Origin: Promethearchaeota archaeon
GTDB taxonomy: Archaea > Asgardarchaeota > Lokiarchaeia > Sigyniarchaeales > SOKP01
Length of the DNA stretch: 64,000 nt
Assembly: GCA_019058365.1 (NCBI GenBank)
Contig: JAHPZE010000016.1
Location: 1 to 64,000 of the forward strand
Reading direction: 5' to 3'
The notes below the pieces were generated by a model, which was not told the origin of the DNA, did not search any database, and saw only the letters and a program-made list of their open reading frames with translations. Positions 61,580 through 64,000 of this stretch are shown here, in pieces (position 1 is the first letter of the stretch; each line of letters starts with the position of its first letter). A program made the position numbers and the translations under genes.

Positions 61580-62257
61580 TTAGATGAAAGTGATATCTTG
61601 ATATTCTGAGTCTCCAATATCTTTTCTTGCTACTCCTAATTCTCTAACTTGTTGATTTAGTTTTAATACTGCATCTCTTACTATTTCTTTTTGTTTTGCA
61701 CCCGTGCATACGATCCTTCCAGTTGAAAAAATTAGAAATACTGTTTTAGGATCTTGCATACGGTAAATTAAACCCGGAAAAACTTCTGGTTCATACATAG
61801 CATATTCCATTACAATTGCCGCCATATTAAGATCAATATTTGTATGGAGATCGCCAGATGCTACTATATTTTGAATTGTGATTTCTGGATTAGATAATTT
61901 TATACCTGCTTTTCTAATGTTCTTTACTACTTTATCAACAACTCTTTCTGCTTCTGCTGCTTGTCTAAGACCCGTAACTACCATTTTCCCCGTAGAAAAT
62001 ATCAAAATTGTAGCACGAGGTTTTTCAATTCTCATTACTAAACCGGGAAAACGTTCAGGATTATATTCAACCTCTGCATGCCTTCTTGCTATTTGATTAA
62101 GATCAATTTTTTCTGTAATCTCTACTACGACTGTTGCAACGACATTCTCTATTTTATAATCTAAATCAGTTTCATAATCATATTCTTCTTTTTCCTCTTC
62201 TTCCCCTTCTTCATCAAATTCATCTTCAAATTCGTCATCAAATTCTTCATCTGACAT
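61580..62257 (-). CDS. tbp: TATA-box-binding protein with acidic N-terminal extension
   Basis: Two repeats: IENVVA...YNPERFPGL...LIFSTGK and IQNIVA...YEPEVFPGL...LIFSTGR. Confidence 0.97.
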   Translation of the reverse strand: MSDEEFDDEFEDEFDEEGEEEEKEEYDYETDLDYKIENVVATVVVEITEKIDLNQIARRHAEVEYNPERFPGLVMRIEKPRATILIFSTGKMVVTGLRQAAEAERVVDKVVKNIRKAGIKLSNPEITIQNIVASGDLHTNIDLNMAAIVMEYAMYEPEVFPGLIYRMQDPKTVFLIFSTGRIVCTGAKQKEIVRDAVLKLNQQVRELGVARKDIGDSEYQDITFI

Positions 62258-62489
62258 GATAATATTAAGTGATAATTATGATTTGGAAATTATAAAATTA
62301 AAATATTCTTTATTACAAGGTTTCCTTGTTAATTTTATTTAAATAAATCTTCCTTTATAAAGGTGGTAGATTTAAAAAAGATTACTGCTAAAATCACAAA
62401 ATTTTGATAGTTGATATTTTATTTGCAAATATTTCTTCTTAAAAAATTAATATAGGAAAAGAAACTATCTAAAATTTTTTTAATGATTT

Positions 62490-63008
62490 TTAAGCATTTG
62501 AAATCTTATCTATAATTTTACTTGACAGCTCAATGAATGCTTCTTCGACATTTTGACCAGTTTTCGCAGAAGTAATAATGATTCCTAAATTATTAACTGT
62601 AGCATATTCTTTTGATTCACTTTCAGTTATTTTAATTTGATTTTTCAAATCAGATTTATTTCCTATTAATATTATAGGAGCATCATCTCTAGCTTCTCTA
62701 AAACTTTGAACCCATTCATCAAGTTTATCATAAGATTTTTTATTCGTCATATCAAAAACCAGAAGCGCACCATTGGCACCTTCCAAATAGAGCTTTCTAA
62801 GAGATTTAAAAGATTCTTGTCCGCCTAGATCCCAGATTTGAGCAGATACACTGCCATATTTGTCAAGTTCCATATCCTTTTTTAAAAGATTCACTCCTAG
62901 GGTACTTTTATAATTTTCTCTGAACTTATTCTCGATAAATCTATAAACTAATGACGTTTTACCTACATTTGCTTCTCCAAGAAGCACTAATTTTATAATA
63001 TATGACAT
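62490..63008 (-). CDS. Rab-like small GTPase
   Basis: GEANVGKT, WDLGGQE, NKSD, TSAKTG. Confidence 0.95.
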   Translation of the reverse strand: MSYIIKLVLLGEANVGKTSLVYRFIENKFRENYKSTLGVNLLKKDMELDKYGSVSAQIWDLGGQESFKSLRKLYLEGANGALLVFDMTNKKSYDKLDEWVQSFREARDDAPIILIGNKSDLKNQIKITESESKEYATVNNLGIIITSAKTGQNVEEAFIELSSKIIDKISNA

Positions 63009-63240
63009 ATAATGAACCCTTTTTATTAATTTGGCTTAATTAATCAATTAAATAGAAATTAATTTCAATATTTTGGTTTTATACCAATAAAATAATAAAA
63101 TTACAATTTTAATTTATATTCAAAATATAGTTTATACTTATTAATAATTTTCTAATAACATTTTAAAATTAATTTGAACACTTTTATTAGAGTCAATGAC
63201 TTTTCCTAAAAAAATAGTAGCAAAAAAATAAGTTATAGAA

Positions 63241-63720
63241 TTAATCCTTCTGGAAAACGAGCATAAAAGTACAGTAATTCTCACCGGTTTGTAAACTACA
63301 TCCGAGTTCTTGAGCAAAACAATGACGATCACTTAGTTTTTCCACAACACCTGCTAACAATCCAGCTTCAAATGAACAGAAGCTTCCTGCAGTTTTAATT
63401 CCTTTTTTAATTAGATCTTTTATAGATGAATGGTCTTTTAGTTTTAATTGTATAATTTCATCTGTACTTTCAGTTATCTCAACTGATCCAAGATTAAATT
63501 CGTTAATAATTCGCTTTAATTCCTCCGGAATTTGATATATATCCTTAACGGTCTTAATCTTTAAGGTACTTCCTAATTCATGTCCTAAATAGTAAAAAAT
63601 TGCCTCTAGTTGGTGACCTAATGCTAATAAAGCACCAACTTTCATATCTCCAATTGATTTGCCCTCTTTTAAATTTTTTCTCATTTGGGCTAGTATTTTA
63701 GAGAGTAATTGCCTATCCAT
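63241..63720 (-). CDS. V4R domain protein
   Basis: FCSFEAG.LAG, E..C...G...C.F. Confidence 0.85.
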   Translation of the reverse strand: MDRQLLSKILAQMRKNLKEGKSIGDMKVGALLALGHQLEAIFYYLGHELGSTLKIKTVKDIYQIPEELKRIINEFNLGSVEITESTDEIIQLKLKDHSSIKDLIKKGIKTAGSFCSFEAGLLAGVVEKLSDRHCFAQELGCSLQTGENYCTFMLVFQKD

Positions 63721-63777
63721 TAATGTTCACTTTATTTTAATATATATTTTATTTTATTTTTTATTTTTATTTTAAAA

Positions 63778-64000
63778 TTATAATTTAACCGAAGATATAA
63801 ACGCATAAAGTATCGCATCTATGATTTCTTCTTCTTGAATATTTACGGATATTCTTTTATCAGCTATGATTAATGTGGGTACGGAGGTAATACGATATTC
63901 TTGAGTAAATTGATGATTCTCTTCAAGATCAATTGATATTTTTTCTATTCGTAGTTTTTTACCAAACAGCGAAATATTTATTCTCTTTAACATTTCTTCG
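63778..64000 (-). CDS. Thioredoxin-fold protein (5'-truncated by window edge)
   Basis: I..IDL.......EY.I.SVPTLII cis-Pro motif. Confidence 0.65.
   Translation of the reverse strand, partial: EEMLKRINISLFGKKLRIEKISIDLEENHQFTQEYRITSVPTLIIADKRISVNIQEEEIIDAILYAFISSVKL

Overview
AT-rich archaeal chromosome segment, almost certainly Asgard archaeon (Lokiarchaeia-like). This call rests on four Rab-like small GTPases, ribosomal protein eL22, longin/uDENN-like proteins, V4R proteins, form III RuBisCO with R15P isomerase, tetraether lipid synthase, TBP, TFS, aIF2-gamma, CDC48 and a PSTK-like kinase. Most of the window is housekeeping genes plus a PadR-ABC exporter cluster. The most striking signal is non-coding. 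At 1304-1424 (minus strand) there is a complete but circularly permuted 5S rRNA gene, with the 3' two-thirds before the 5' third and the helix I ends joined by a UUAG loop. It sits in an 11-bp precursor stem with a bulge-helix-bulge-like motif whose canonical cut sites rebuild loop C and give a 121-nt product. Other signals are an Ile-rich leader peptide with alternative RNA pairings upstream of ileS (attenuation-like control in an archaeon), an unassigned structured intergenic RNA upstream of tes, a 35-aa tandem repeat protein, large Met/Gly/Pro-rich insertions inside ABC ATPase domains, repeated Rab+V4R gene pairing, probable AUU start codons and two unannotated pseudogene remnants. All calls come from reading the sequence; no searches were run.
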